Positions 1 to 8,616 of a stretch of 51,717 nucleotides of DNA are shown piece after piece. Every line of letters starts with the position of its first letter. Positions within the stretch are counted from its first letter, which is position 1. The DNA comes from Acidimicrobiia bacterium (lineage in GTDB: Bacteria > Actinomycetota > Acidimicrobiia > Spongiisociales > UBA5794). The stretch lies in contig JASJCF010000006.1 in the NCBI GenBank assembly GCA_030066265.1, forward strand, positions 1 through 51,717. The letters run 5' to 3'. The notes beneath the pieces are model-generated. The model made no database searches, had not been told where the DNA came from, and was given only the letters and a program-made list of their open reading frames with translations. A program made the translations under genes and the position numbers.

Positions 1-144
1 GAACGCCGACGCCTCCGAACGGCCTGTGGTGGCGAACAGGTAGATGAGCATCGGGGCGGCCGAGATGAGGAGGAGTACAGCCGTCCGTCGCACGGGAAGG
101 GCCTGGCGGATCGACACCGACAGGAGGGCGAGAAACGGCGTCAC
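1..144 (-). CDS. ABC transporter permease, N-terminal part (runs off window edge)
   Basis: GTG at 144 overlaps the stop of the upstream ATPase (GTGA). Reads MTPFLALLSVSIRQALPVRRTAVLLLISAAPMLIYLF..., hydrophobic and open to position 1. Not in the ORF track. Confidence 0.75.
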   Translation of the reverse strand, partial: MTPFLALLSVSIRQALPVRRTAVLLLISAAPMLIYLFATTGRSEASAF

Positions 145-1097
145 GACCGCTCCACGAGGTACCGGAACACCGATTCGAGCGATTCATCCTCGGGCGTGAA
201 CGACGTGAGCCGGCCCCCGAATGCCGCGGCTTCGGAGGGCACGATGCGTCCCAGTTCGACGATGTCGGTGGTCCGAACGATGAGTGCGTGAGGCTCGGAC
301 TCGATGCTGAGGACGCAGTCGGACGGGAAGAGTGCGGCACCGAGATCTCGAGGCCGATCGGTACCGATGCGCACGACGTAGGGCTTGTCGTTCATGGCGG
401 CCCTGATGGCCTCCACCGAACCTGCTGCCGCGAGCCGGCCGTCGACGATGGCGATCACCCGCGACGACACGCGCTCGACCTCCTCGAGGACGTGGGATGA
501 CACGATCACCGTCCTCCCAGAGGAACCGAGCGATTGGAAGACGTCGATGAGATGGGCACGTTGCACGGGATCCGTGCCGTTGAGCGGCTCGTCGAGGATC
601 AGGACATCCGGTTCGGACACGAGCGCCGCAGCGACCTTGATCCGTTGCCGCATCCCCTTCGAGTAGCCGCCGATGGCCCGATCCGCAGCATGAGCCATGT
701 CGACAGCGTCGATGGCGCCCTGGACGTTGGTCGTGGACGTGTCTGCGTCGGCGAGTTGCGCTGCATACCTGACGAACCGTCGTCCGGTCATGTCCGGATA
801 GACGGCGTCTTCATCGGGCACGAGGGTCATCGAGCGATACGCATCGGTGTGACGTCTCGGATCGAAGCCTCGCACCGCAACGGCCCCGGTGGACACGTCG
901 GTCAGGCCGGCAATCATCCGAAGCAACGTGGTTTTTCCTGCACCGTTCGGGCCGAGCAGTCCGGTAACACCGGCTCCGAAGGAGCAGCTGAGGTTCGACA
1001 CGGCGACCTTCTGGCCGAACCACTTCGAGACGTTGTTCACCTCGACCGTCGGTCGCTCGACGAAGGCAGGATCCGAGATGGGCCCGACGGCGGTCAC
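141..1097 (-). CDS. ABC transporter ATP-binding protein (ABC-2/export type)
   Basis: Walker A GPNGAGKTT, signature YSKGMRQR, Walker B LILDEP, H-loop SSH. Start trimmed to GTG 1097, which overlaps the permease stop. Confidence 0.92.
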   Translation of the reverse strand: MTAVGPISDPAFVERPTVEVNNVSKWFGQKVAVSNLSCSFGAGVTGLLGPNGAGKTTLLRMIAGLTDVSTGAVAVRGFDPRRHTDAYRSMTLVPDEDAVYPDMTGRRFVRYAAQLADADTSTTNVQGAIDAVDMAHAADRAIGGYSKGMRQRIKVAAALVSEPDVLILDEPLNGTDPVQRAHLIDVFQSLGSSGRTVIVSSHVLEEVERVSSRVIAIVDGRLAAAGSVEAIRAAMNDKPYVVRIGTDRPRDLGAALFPSDCVLSIESEPHALIVRTTDIVELGRIVPSEAAAFGGRLTSFTPEDESLESVFRYLVERS

Positions 1098-1984
1098 ATC
1101 AGACTCCGGTACCGGTACAGGCTGAACGCGACGCCGATTGCGCCGAACACGATGAGTGCGACCAGTCCCACGCCGGGGTTGATGTCCGCCGCGGCGAGAA
1201 GCGACTCGGGACTGCTCTGACCGAACACCCACTCCGCTGCGGCATCGGCCGTGTTCACGGGAGCGATCAGGGCCACCCACCTCCCACCTGCGAACACGTT
1301 GTTCGCCACGACCGCTTCGGCCACGGCGCTGAGGCCGATGACGATGGCGATGTACACCGTTGCGGCGATCGCCTTGCGATTCGCCAAGCTGGCCACCACG
1401 AAGCCGAGAGGGACGTAGGCGATGATGTAGATGACCGTCACCAGGAGGACCTTGGGCAAGGCGTCAGCTCCCTCGACGAGCCCCCGGAACAGCCCGTCGG
1501 TGTTCGTTGCCGCCAGACCCAGGTAGAGAACGAACTGCGGGAAGATCAAGAAGGCCCCAACGACAGCGACCAGGCTGGCGAACCTCGACGACAGGTAGTC
1601 GACATAGGTGAGCGGACGCGATGACAGGATCGACAGGACTCCGTCCCGCCGATCCGGGATGAGAAGCTCCGGTGCGGCGAGCGCTGTGAACACCAACGCA
1701 ACGGCGCCGTTGAGCACGAAGAAGTTGGCATGGGTCGCATTCGTGCTCGCCCCCTCGGTGATGCCGCCGGGGACGAAGAAGTTGATGCCCACGAACACGA
1801 TCGACGGCACCACGGCGATGACGATCAGCATCCACGGGAAGACCTTTCGTCGCGCCTTGCGCCGAATACCCAGCACTCGGCGGATGCCATCGGCGAACAG
1901 CGTTGCCCGTGCCCCACGTCGACCCAAGCGAGACCCGTCGTAGGGCGCATAGCCGAGGTCGTAGACCGCGCCGCGCTCGGTCAT
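1094..1984 (-). CDS. ABC transporter permease
   Basis: About 6 hydrophobic helices, DRRDGVL...SRPLT motif typical of ABC-2 permeases, sandwiched between two ATPases with 4-nt overlaps. Confidence 0.88.
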   Translation of the reverse strand: MTERGAVYDLGYAPYDGSRLGRRGARATLFADGIRRVLGIRRKARRKVFPWMLIVIAVVPSIVFVGINFFVPGGITEGASTNATHANFFVLNGAVALVFTALAAPELLIPDRRDGVLSILSSRPLTYVDYLSSRFASLVAVVGAFLIFPQFVLYLGLAATNTDGLFRGLVEGADALPKVLLVTVIYIIAYVPLGFVVASLANRKAIAATVYIAIVIGLSAVAEAVVANNVFAGGRWVALIAPVNTADAAAEWVFGQSSPESLLAAADINPGVGLVALIVFGAIGVAFSLYRYRSLM

Positions 1985-2886
1985 CGGCCGGCCCCCCGCC
2001 GGAGGAACATCTCCTCGAGCGATGCGGCTCCGTCATCGAGATTGCGAATGCTCGTCCCGGTCGCCGCCGCTGCGTCACGGATCAGGTCGTACGTATCCCG
2101 ATCATCGTGAGCGACGGTGATGCGACGGTCGTCGACGGTGACGAGTGCTCCGGCCGATCGCAGGCCCTCGACCAGTGGCGTAGCGTCGCCGTTGACCTGT
2201 ACCCGGATCCTTCGCTCGTGTGAGGCACCGCCGATCGGGCCGGCATGGAGGAGGGTGCCTTCGTCGAGCATCACCACCCAGTCGCACGTGCGCTCGATGT
2301 CCCGCAACACATGCGACGAAACCACCACGTCGATCCCGAAGGATCCGAGGCGGGCGATGAGGTCGAGCATCTCCTCGCGCCCGCTCGGATCGAGACCCGC
2401 CGTCGGTTCGTCGAGAAACACGAGTGATGGGTCGTGCACGATCGCTTGAGCGAGCTTGGCCCTCTGCTTCATCCCCGTGGAGTAGTCGCCGAGGTATCGG
2501 AAGCGCTCCTCGTCGAGGCCGACCAGCGTCAAAACGTCTGACGCTCGCTGGCGAGCTGCGTCGCGCGGAAGACCGGCGGTGCCGGCCGCGTAGACCATGA
2601 AGTCGGCCGCGGTCTGGTCGAGGGGAAGGCACTCGCCCTCGGGCATGTACCCCACGACGCTGCGGATCGGGATGGTCTCGCGTCCGGTGTCGAGGTCGAG
2701 CACGGTGGCTCGGCCGGTCGTTTGCTCGATGATGCCGAGCAGGATCTTGATGAGGGTCGACTTCCCTGCGCCGTTCGCCCCGACCAGGCCCGTTCGCCCT
2801 CGCGGTACTTCAACCGACAGTGAGTGCAAGGCAGCGATCCTGCCGTATGCGTGGCCCAGTGCATCGGTCGTGAAGGCGGTTTCCAC
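1981..2886 (-). CDS. ABC transporter ATP-binding protein
   Basis: GANGAGKST, YSTGMKQR, VFLDEP, SSH. Start set at GTG 2886, 7 nt after TAGCCT. Confidence 0.92.
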   Translation of the reverse strand: METAFTTDALGHAYGRIAALHSLSVEVPRGRTGLVGANGAGKSTLIKILLGIIEQTTGRATVLDLDTGRETIPIRSVVGYMPEGECLPLDQTAADFMVYAAGTAGLPRDAARQRASDVLTLVGLDEERFRYLGDYSTGMKQRAKLAQAIVHDPSLVFLDEPTAGLDPSGREEMLDLIARLGSFGIDVVVSSHVLRDIERTCDWVVMLDEGTLLHAGPIGGASHERRIRVQVNGDATPLVEGLRSAGALVTVDDRRITVAHDDRDTYDLIRDAAAATGTSIRNLDDGAASLEEMFLRRGAGR

Positions 2887-2996
2887 CGACGGCAGGCTAC
2901 CCGGGGTGCTTCGCCACCCTCGCTGCGCGGCGGACCTCGTCAGTCCGATCGGCCCGATTCCTGCGGCGTGGGGATCAGAGGGCGAGCGGCGTGGGA

Positions 2997-3458
2997 TCAG
3001 ATGGCGACGTGTCGGCGGCCACCCACATCGACGACGTGCACACGGTCGTCGCCGGACAGCGCACGAACCGCCGAGACCGCAGCGGTGGAGCGGGCGGACT
3101 CGGCCGTCTCTGCGACGGAACCTGCCGCCTCGTACGAGATCGTGAGGGATGCAGTCATTCCGGCGCCCAGCGACGGCACGACCCACCGACCGCCGGCGAC
3201 GAAGCCGACGTCGAGGACCACGGCGGCTCGATCACAGTCACACGGAGCCGGCTCGAGGGTGACGCTCAGGTCGGTCACCGTGGCCGATCCACCGTTGACG
3301 ATCGTGATGGTCTGCGTTCCGCCGACGATGGCGCCGGCAGAGGCAATCGGTCTCCACGAGGACAACGTCGTCACACCGGGCTCTGCCGCCATCGCAGGTG
3401 CAGCCGAGGCAGCGATGAGCACCGCCATGGCGAACGTGGACACGAGCCTTCCCCTCAT
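2997..3458 (-). CDS. Hypothetical secreted protein, beta-rich (DUF11/Ig-like possible)
   Basis: Signal peptide ending AMA-A, Thr/Val-rich strands (TITIVNGG, WVVPSLGAG..LTISY), TAGGCT 6 nt upstream of the ATG. Confidence 0.6.
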   Translation of the reverse strand: MRGRLVSTFAMAVLIAASAAPAMAAEPGVTTLSSWRPIASAGAIVGGTQTITIVNGGSATVTDLSVTLEPAPCDCDRAAVVLDVGFVAGGRWVVPSLGAGMTASLTISYEAAGSVAETAESARSTAAVSAVRALSGDDRVHVVDVGGRRHVAI

Positions 3459-3520
3459 GTGCGCAGCCTACGTGGGCTGAGGTACCGGGAAAAGGCTCAA
3501 AGGTGCGTCAGGCTCGAGAA

Positions 3521-4330
3521 CTAGTCACGAGCTCCGCGTCGACTCGCCCATGTCGATCGAATCAGCCGCCAGTAGGTCATCGTCTGGCGCGGTGTGGCCG
3601 CTTCCGATGGAGGCGTCTCTGCCGATCGTTGCGCCCCGGGACTTGGCGCTTCGGATACTGGCACCTCGGATACTGGCACCTCCGATCTTGGCGCCTCCGA
3701 TCGTGGCGCCTCCGACTGCTCGGACCGCAACTCGGCGAGTCGGCTTCGCAGGAAGGCCGCCTCGGTCTCGGCTTTGGCCGCGCGTTCCCTGGCCTCGGCG
3801 AGCTGCTGGCCTGCCTCGTGCAGGTTCCCCAGTTGGGACAGCATCTTGTTCCACGCGTCGACGGGCACCATCATCGTGTCCGTCGACGGCGTGGTGATTG
3901 TCCGATCGACTTCGTGTGCGCTTGCGTCGGGTTCATCCGTCGCCGAGTCGGGCGATTCCTCGGTGCGAACCTCGACGCTCGATGGCCGACTGGTCGCGTC
4001 GGCCCCTGGGACGCCGCCGTCATCGCGCGCCGCTCCGTCGGCGGCAGGCTCGAGATCGCGGCCCAACGCTTTGGCGCGGCGGTGGACTGCATCGAGGTCG
4101 ACCATGCGCAGGGCAAGGTCACCGTCGGACTCCAGGTAGGACGGGACGTCTGACTTCCGGGCCCATTTGCGAAGGGTGTTGACCGGGATGCCGGTCGCCG
4201 CCTCCGCTTCTCGCAGCGTCACCCATCGTGTCCCGGATCGCCGGCCGTGCGCTGACGGGCTCGGGCGACCGGGACGCGACGATGGGCCCGTCCGGAGCGC
4301 TTCGGTCTCCCACCTCGTCGTTGCATCCAT
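3521..4330 (-). CDS. HTH (MerR/excisionase-like) + disordered linker + coiled-coil protein
   Basis: VTLREAEAATGIPVNTLRKWARK HTH; heptad region LGNLHEAGQQLAEARERAAKAETEAAFLRSRLAELR; C-terminal YWRLIRSTW; TAGGAT 7 nt upstream. Confidence 0.75.
   Translation of the reverse strand: MDATTRWETEALRTGPSSRPGRPSPSAHGRRSGTRWVTLREAEAATGIPVNTLRKWARKSDVPSYLESDGDLALRMVDLDAVHRRAKALGRDLEPAADGAARDDGGVPGADATSRPSSVEVRTEESPDSATDEPDASAHEVDRTITTPSTDTMMVPVDAWNKMLSQLGNLHEAGQQLAEARERAAKAETEAAFLRSRLAELRSEQSEAPRSEAPRSEVPVSEVPVSEAPSPGAQRSAETPPSEAATPRQTMTYWRLIRSTWASRRGARD
3645..3719. repeat. 5 x 15-bp degenerate tandem repeat (coding SEAPR/SEVPV)
   Basis: ggcgcttcggatact / ggcacctcggatact / ggcacctccgatctt / ggcgcctccgatcgt / ggcgcctccgactgc. 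Confidence 0.9.
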
Positions 4331-4337
4331 GGCGATG

Positions 4338-4398
4338 ATCCTATCGGCTCCCCCTCACGCCGTAGCTTCGGACGCTCCATCTAGGATGGCGTTGGAGG
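4338..4398. promoter_or_regulatory. Divergent promoter region for the HTH gene and the BMC operon
   Basis: TAGGAT on the minus strand (4338-4343) 7 nt before ATG 4330; TAGGAT on the plus strand (4382-4387) followed by SD GGAGG (4394-4398) before GTG 4409. Confidence 0.6.
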
Positions 4399-4408
4399 AC
4401 TCGCCGAC

Positions 4409-5026
4409 GTGACTGCCCGTGATCCGAACATCGAGCGCGATGTGCGCGCCATCGTCGAACGCATCGTCGACGGCTTGGTCGACGACGACGGCGGAGCTGA
4501 ACGGACCGAGGACGACGACCGAGCCGGATCCGACGAGGCCGCTTCAGCCGATATCTCAGCCGATGTCTCGTCGATCGCCGTCGGGGCCGATCACGGCGGC
4601 TTTGCGCTCAAGGAACGCATCGCCTTTCGTCTCAGGGAGCAGGGATACGACGTGACCGACTGTGGCACGGATTCCACCGACGCCGTCGATTACCCGGACT
4701 TCGCCGTCGCCGTGGCGCGCCAGGTGGCCGATCACCGCGTCGACATCGGGATCATGATCGACGGGGCCGGCATCGGGTCGTCGATGGCTGCCAACAAGGT
4801 GCCCGGTGTGCGCGCGGCGCTGTGTTACGACGTGTCGACCGCTCGCAACGCGAGGGAGCACAATCATGCGAATCTTCTCACGCTCGGCGCCGGCCTCATC
4901 GGTGACAGCCTCGCCTGGCAGATCGTCGAGACCTTCCTCGGCACCGCCGTCGGGCCTGGCCGCCATGCGAGACGCGTCGCTCTCATCGACGCGCTCGACG
5001 CCCGCGAATACGGGGTGACGGCATGA
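4409..5026 (+). CDS. rpiB: RpiB/LacAB-family sugar-phosphate isomerase with N-terminal encapsulation peptide (BMC cargo)
   Basis: [36 protein letters not shown] motifs; about 55-aa N-terminal extension with helix [16 protein letters not shown]. Confidence 0.92.
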   Translation: MTARDPNIERDVRAIVERIVDGLVDDDGGAERTEDDDRAGSDEAASADISADVSSIAVGADHGGFALKERIAFRLREQGYDVTDCGTDSTDAVDYPDFAVAVARQVADHRVDIGIMIDGAGIGSSMAANKVPGVRAALCYDVSTARNAREHNHANLLTLGAGLIGDSLAWQIVETFLGTAVGPGRHARRVALIDALDAREYGVTA

Positions 5027-5871
5027 CGATGCGCGACATCTCCCGGGAACAGCTCGTCGAGCTGGTCACCAGAGAGGTCCTGGCTGCACTCGCCGAGCGA
5101 GCCGACATCCTCTCGAGTCCAGAGAAGCTGCGTCAGGTGGTCGCCAATGGTGCCGACCGAGTGGCGTACCACGGCGATGCCGAGGACGTACCAGTCGACC
5201 TCGCCAAGTACATCGACCACACGTTGCTGCGCCCCGACACGACGGCTGCGGACATCGACGAGCTGTGCGACGAAGCGCTCGAGTATGGATTCGCCTCCGT
5301 CTGCATCAACCCGACGTGGGTGAAGCGATCTGCCGAGCGACTGCGAGGCTCCGATGTGAAGGTGTGCACGGTCATCGGGTTCCCGCTCGGTGCGAACACC
5401 ACGCAAATCAAGGCGATGGAGGCCAGAAGGGCGCTGCGCGACGGCGCCCGCGAAGTCGACATGGTGATCAACATCGGAGCGCTCAAGTCGGCGATGCCCG
5501 AGGTGGTTCGCAAGGACATCGAGCAGGTGGTCGATGCGGCCCACGAGGGCGGTGCGATCTGCAAGGTGATCCTCGAGACGGCGCTCCTCACCGACGAGGA
5601 GAAGGTCATCGCCTCGGCACTCGCCAAGCAGGCGAAGGCCGACTACGTCAAGACCTCGACCGGCTTCGGTGGGGGAGGGGCAACGGTCTACGACGTGGCC
5701 CTCATGCGTGAGACGGTGGGGCCGGACATGGGTGTGAAGGCTTCTGGCGGCGTGCGCACGCTCGAGGATGCCGAGGACATGATCGCAGCGGGCGCAACGC
5801 GGATCGGTGCGTCGGCGGGAGTTCAGATCGTAGGCGGAACAGAAGGAGATGATGATGGCGAGCGGTATTGA
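5023..5871 (+). CDS. deoC: Deoxyribose-phosphate aldolase (DERA) with N-terminal encapsulation peptide
   Basis: [23 protein letters not shown], Schiff-base [23 protein letters not shown]; N-terminal [17 protein letters not shown]. Confidence 0.96.
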   Translation: MTMRDISREQLVELVTREVLAALAERADILSSPEKLRQVVANGADRVAYHGDAEDVPVDLAKYIDHTLLRPDTTAADIDELCDEALEYGFASVCINPTWVKRSAERLRGSDVKVCTVIGFPLGANTTQIKAMEARRALRDGAREVDMVINIGALKSAMPEVVRKDIEQVVDAAHEGGAICKVILETALLTDEEKVIASALAKQAKADYVKTSTGFGGGGATVYDVALMRETVGPDMGVKASGGVRTLEDAEDMIAAGATRIGASAGVQIVGGTEGDDDGERY

Positions 5872-6481
5872 GCTGCGTTCCTATGTGTTTCTCGACAGCT
5901 TGCAGCCCCAGTACGCCGCCTTTCTCGGCACGACGGCGCAGGGCTTCCTCCCTCTGGCGGGGGAGGCATCACTGTTCGTGGAGGTCGCCCCTGGGATCGA
6001 AATCAACCGATTGACCGACATCGCCCTCAAGGCCACGACGGTCAAGCCCGGCATGCAGATCATCGAGCGGGTCTTCGGGCTCCTCGAGATCCACTCGCCG
6101 GAGCAGGCCGAGACGAGGGCAGCTGGCGCCGCCATCCTCGACGAGTTGGGGCTCTCGGAGGACGATCGGGTCAAGCCCCAGGTGCTGTCGAGCCAGATCA
6201 TCCGCCGGATCGACGATCATCACGCTCAGCTCGTGAATCGCATGCGTCACGGTCAGATGATCATTCCCGGCCAGACGCTGTACGTACTCGAATGCAACCC
6301 CGCTGCGTATGCCGCCCTCGCTGCGAACGAGGCCGAGAAGGCATCGAACATCAACGTGCTCGAGGTCCGTGCTTTCGGCGCCGTGGGGCGCGTCTATCTC
6401 GGCGGTGAGGAACAGGATGTCGAGGTCGGCTGGCGAGCAGCCGTCGATGCGCTCGAAGGTCTCACGGGCCGCACCACATGA
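5855..6481 (+). CDS. BMC-T shell protein, circularly permuted double-stacking type (CcmP/CsoS1D-like)
   Basis: [64 protein letters not shown]; SD AAGGAG at 5843-5848. Confidence 0.92.
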   Translation: MASGIELRSYVFLDSLQPQYAAFLGTTAQGFLPLAGEASLFVEVAPGIEINRLTDIALKATTVKPGMQIIERVFGLLEIHSPEQAETRAAGAAILDELGLSEDDRVKPQVLSSQIIRRIDDHHAQLVNRMRHGQMIIPGQTLYVLECNPAAYAALAANEAEKASNINVLEVRAFGAVGRVYLGGEEQDVEVGWRAAVDALEGLTGRTT

Positions 6482-6530
6482 AGGATCACCACCAGGGAAT
6501 CGAAGCAATGGTCGAAACGGAGGAGCCCCA

Positions 6531-6833
6531 ATGGCAGATGCACTCGGGATGATCGAATGTCGCAGCTTCGCGGCGATGGTCGAAGCAGCGGACGCGATGG
6601 TGAAGGCCGCCAAGGTCGAACTCGTGGGATATGAGGAGACCGGCGGGGGCTATGTCACCGCTGTGGTGCGTGGCGATGTCGCGGCGGTCAAGGCCGCAGT
6701 CGACGCCGGTGTGCGCGGCAGCGAGAAGGTCGGCGAAGTGATTGCCACACACGTGATCGCACGTCCGCATGTGAACATCGATCTGGTATTGCCCCTCGGG
6801 CGTCAGGACGAGGCGAGCGACGCCGTCAGCTGA
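6531..6833 (+). CDS. BMC-H hexamer shell protein
   Basis: MADALGMIE..AADAMVKAAKV..GGGYVTAVVRGDVAAVKAA..HVIARPH (PduA/EutM/CcmK fold); strong SD GGAGGAG; true start ATG 6531. Confidence 0.97.
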   Translation: MADALGMIECRSFAAMVEAADAMVKAAKVELVGYEETGGGYVTAVVRGDVAAVKAAVDAGVRGSEKVGEVIATHVIARPHVNIDLVLPLGRQDEASDAVS

Positions 6834-6863
6834 TCGCGCCCTTCAGGGCAGAACGGAGCGAGT

Positions 6864-7151
6864 ATGAATCTCGGCAAGGTGACCGGGACCCTCGTCGCCT
6901 CCCGCAAGGAACCTCTCCTCGAGGGTCTGCCGATGCTCGTCGTGCGCCAGCTCGACGAGACCGGCGAGCCCAGTGGCGGCTACGTCGTGGCGGTTGACTC
7001 GGTCGGCGCCGGTGTCGGCGAGGTGGTGCTGTATGCCTCTGGCAGCTCGGCGCGCCAAACCGCTGTCACCCGAGACAAGCCGTGCGATGCGGTGATCATG
7101 GCGATCGTCGACCAGTGGGACGTCGACGGCGAGACGGTGTTCGAGAAGTGA
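6864..7151 (+). CDS. BMC-P pentamer vertex protein 1 (EutN/CcmL family)
   Basis: [44 protein letters not shown]. Confidence 0.96.
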   Translation: MNLGKVTGTLVASRKEPLLEGLPMLVVRQLDETGEPSGGYVVAVDSVGAGVGEVVLYASGSSARQTAVTRDKPCDAVIMAIVDQWDVDGETVFEK

Positions 7152-7152
7152 C

Positions 7153-8616
7153 ATGCCGGATCTGACCGACGCGGACGTCCAAGCGATCATCGCACGAGTC
7201 AAAGAGCGAGTCTCCGCGGGAGACATCGCAGGTCGCACCGCTCCTGCGCTCGAGGCCGCCCATGCCGTTGCGACCGAGGACGATGCCGTGGGTGACGGCG
7301 TCTTCCGCACCGTGGACGACGCCGTCGCAGCAGCCAAGCGCAGCTTCGCTGTGTATCGATCGCTCGGCCTCGACCGCCGGAAGGGGATCATCGAAGCGGT
7401 GCGGGTGGCCATGCGGCGCGAGAACGAGCGGCTCGCGTACATGGCCCGCCAGGAGACGGGCATCGGGCGAGCCGATGACAAGGTGATCAAGAACCTGCTC
7501 GTGATCGATCGAACCCCCGGCCCTGAGGATCTCGAGCCCAAGGTGGTCACGGGAGACCAGGGGATGATGGTCACCGAGTATGCGCCGTATGGGGTCATCG
7601 GAGCGATCACGCCGACCACCAATCCGACGTCGACGATCATCAACAACTCCATCGCGATCCTGTCGGCGGGCAACTCCGTGACGTTCAATGTCCACCCGAG
7701 CGCGCGACGCGTGAGCGTCGAGAACGTCAAGCTGCTCAATCGCGCAATCGTCGCGGCGGGAGGGCCCGCCGACCTCGTGACGTGCGTGGCGGTTCCCACC
7801 CTGGAGTCAGCGCAAGCGTTGATGCGCCATCCGGACGTCCGCGTCCTGCTGGTCACGGGTGGGCCGGGGGTGGTCAAGGAGGCGCTCCGGACGCCGAAGA
7901 AGGCCATCACCGCCGGGCCCGGCAACCCTCCCGCCGTCGTCGACCAGACGGCCGACATCGCAAAGGCGGCCAGGGACATCGTCTCCGGAGCGAGCTTCGA
8001 CAACAACATCATCTGCGTGGATGAGAAGACGACGATCGTGGTCGACTCGGTCGCCGATCGGCTCGTCCAGCACATGGCAGCCGCCGGCGGCTACCGGCTG
8101 AAGGAACACGAGCTGAAGCGGCTCGAGCGGGTGATCTTCAAGGAGATGGGGCCTCCGAACAAGCCAGGGGTGATCGATGGCCGATTCGTCGGCAAGGACG
8201 CCGCCGTGATCGCCAGCGAGATCGGGCTCAGTCTCCCTCCCGAGACCCGCCTCCTCGTGGCCGAGGTGCCGGTCGACCACAATCTCGTGTGGACCGAGCA
8301 GATGATGCCGGTCATGCCGGTGGTCCGCGTCAAGGACGTCGACACCGCCATCGATCTCGCTGTGCGTTCCGAGCACGGCTTCCGGCACACGGCATCGATC
8401 CACTCGACGAACGTCGATGCCATCACCAGGATGGCGAGAGCGATGAACTGTTCGATCTTCGTGGCGAACGGGCCGAACGTCGCCGGTCTGGGTGCAGACG
8501 GAGAGGGGTACACATCGTTCTCGATCGCCAGTCCCACCGGGGAGGGCTTGACGAGGCCGCGGACCTTCTCGAGAGAACGACGCGTCTCCGTCGTGGGAGC
8601 GCTGCGCATTGTCTGA
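7153..8616 (+). CDS. CoA-acylating aldehyde dehydrogenase (EutE/PduP family) with encapsulation peptide
   Basis: PYGVIGAITPTTNP, VTGGPGVV, AGPGNPP, FDNNIICVDEK (catalytic Cys), EQMMPV, EHGFRHTASIHS, TGEGLT; N-terminal LTDADVQAIIARVKERV. Confidence 0.96.
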   Translation: MPDLTDADVQAIIARVKERVSAGDIAGRTAPALEAAHAVATEDDAVGDGVFRTVDDAVAAAKRSFAVYRSLGLDRRKGIIEAVRVAMRRENERLAYMARQETGIGRADDKVIKNLLVIDRTPGPEDLEPKVVTGDQGMMVTEYAPYGVIGAITPTTNPTSTIINNSIAILSAGNSVTFNVHPSARRVSVENVKLLNRAIVAAGGPADLVTCVAVPTLESAQALMRHPDVRVLLVTGGPGVVKEALRTPKKAITAGPGNPPAVVDQTADIAKAARDIVSGASFDNNIICVDEKTTIVVDSVADRLVQHMAAAGGYRLKEHELKRLERVIFKEMGPPNKPGVIDGRFVGKDAAVIASEIGLSLPPETRLLVAEVPVDHNLVWTEQMMPVMPVVRVKDVDTAIDLAVRSEHGFRHTASIHSTNVDAITRMARAMNCSIFVANGPNVAGLGADGEGYTSFSIASPTGEGLTRPRTFSRERRVSVVGALRIV

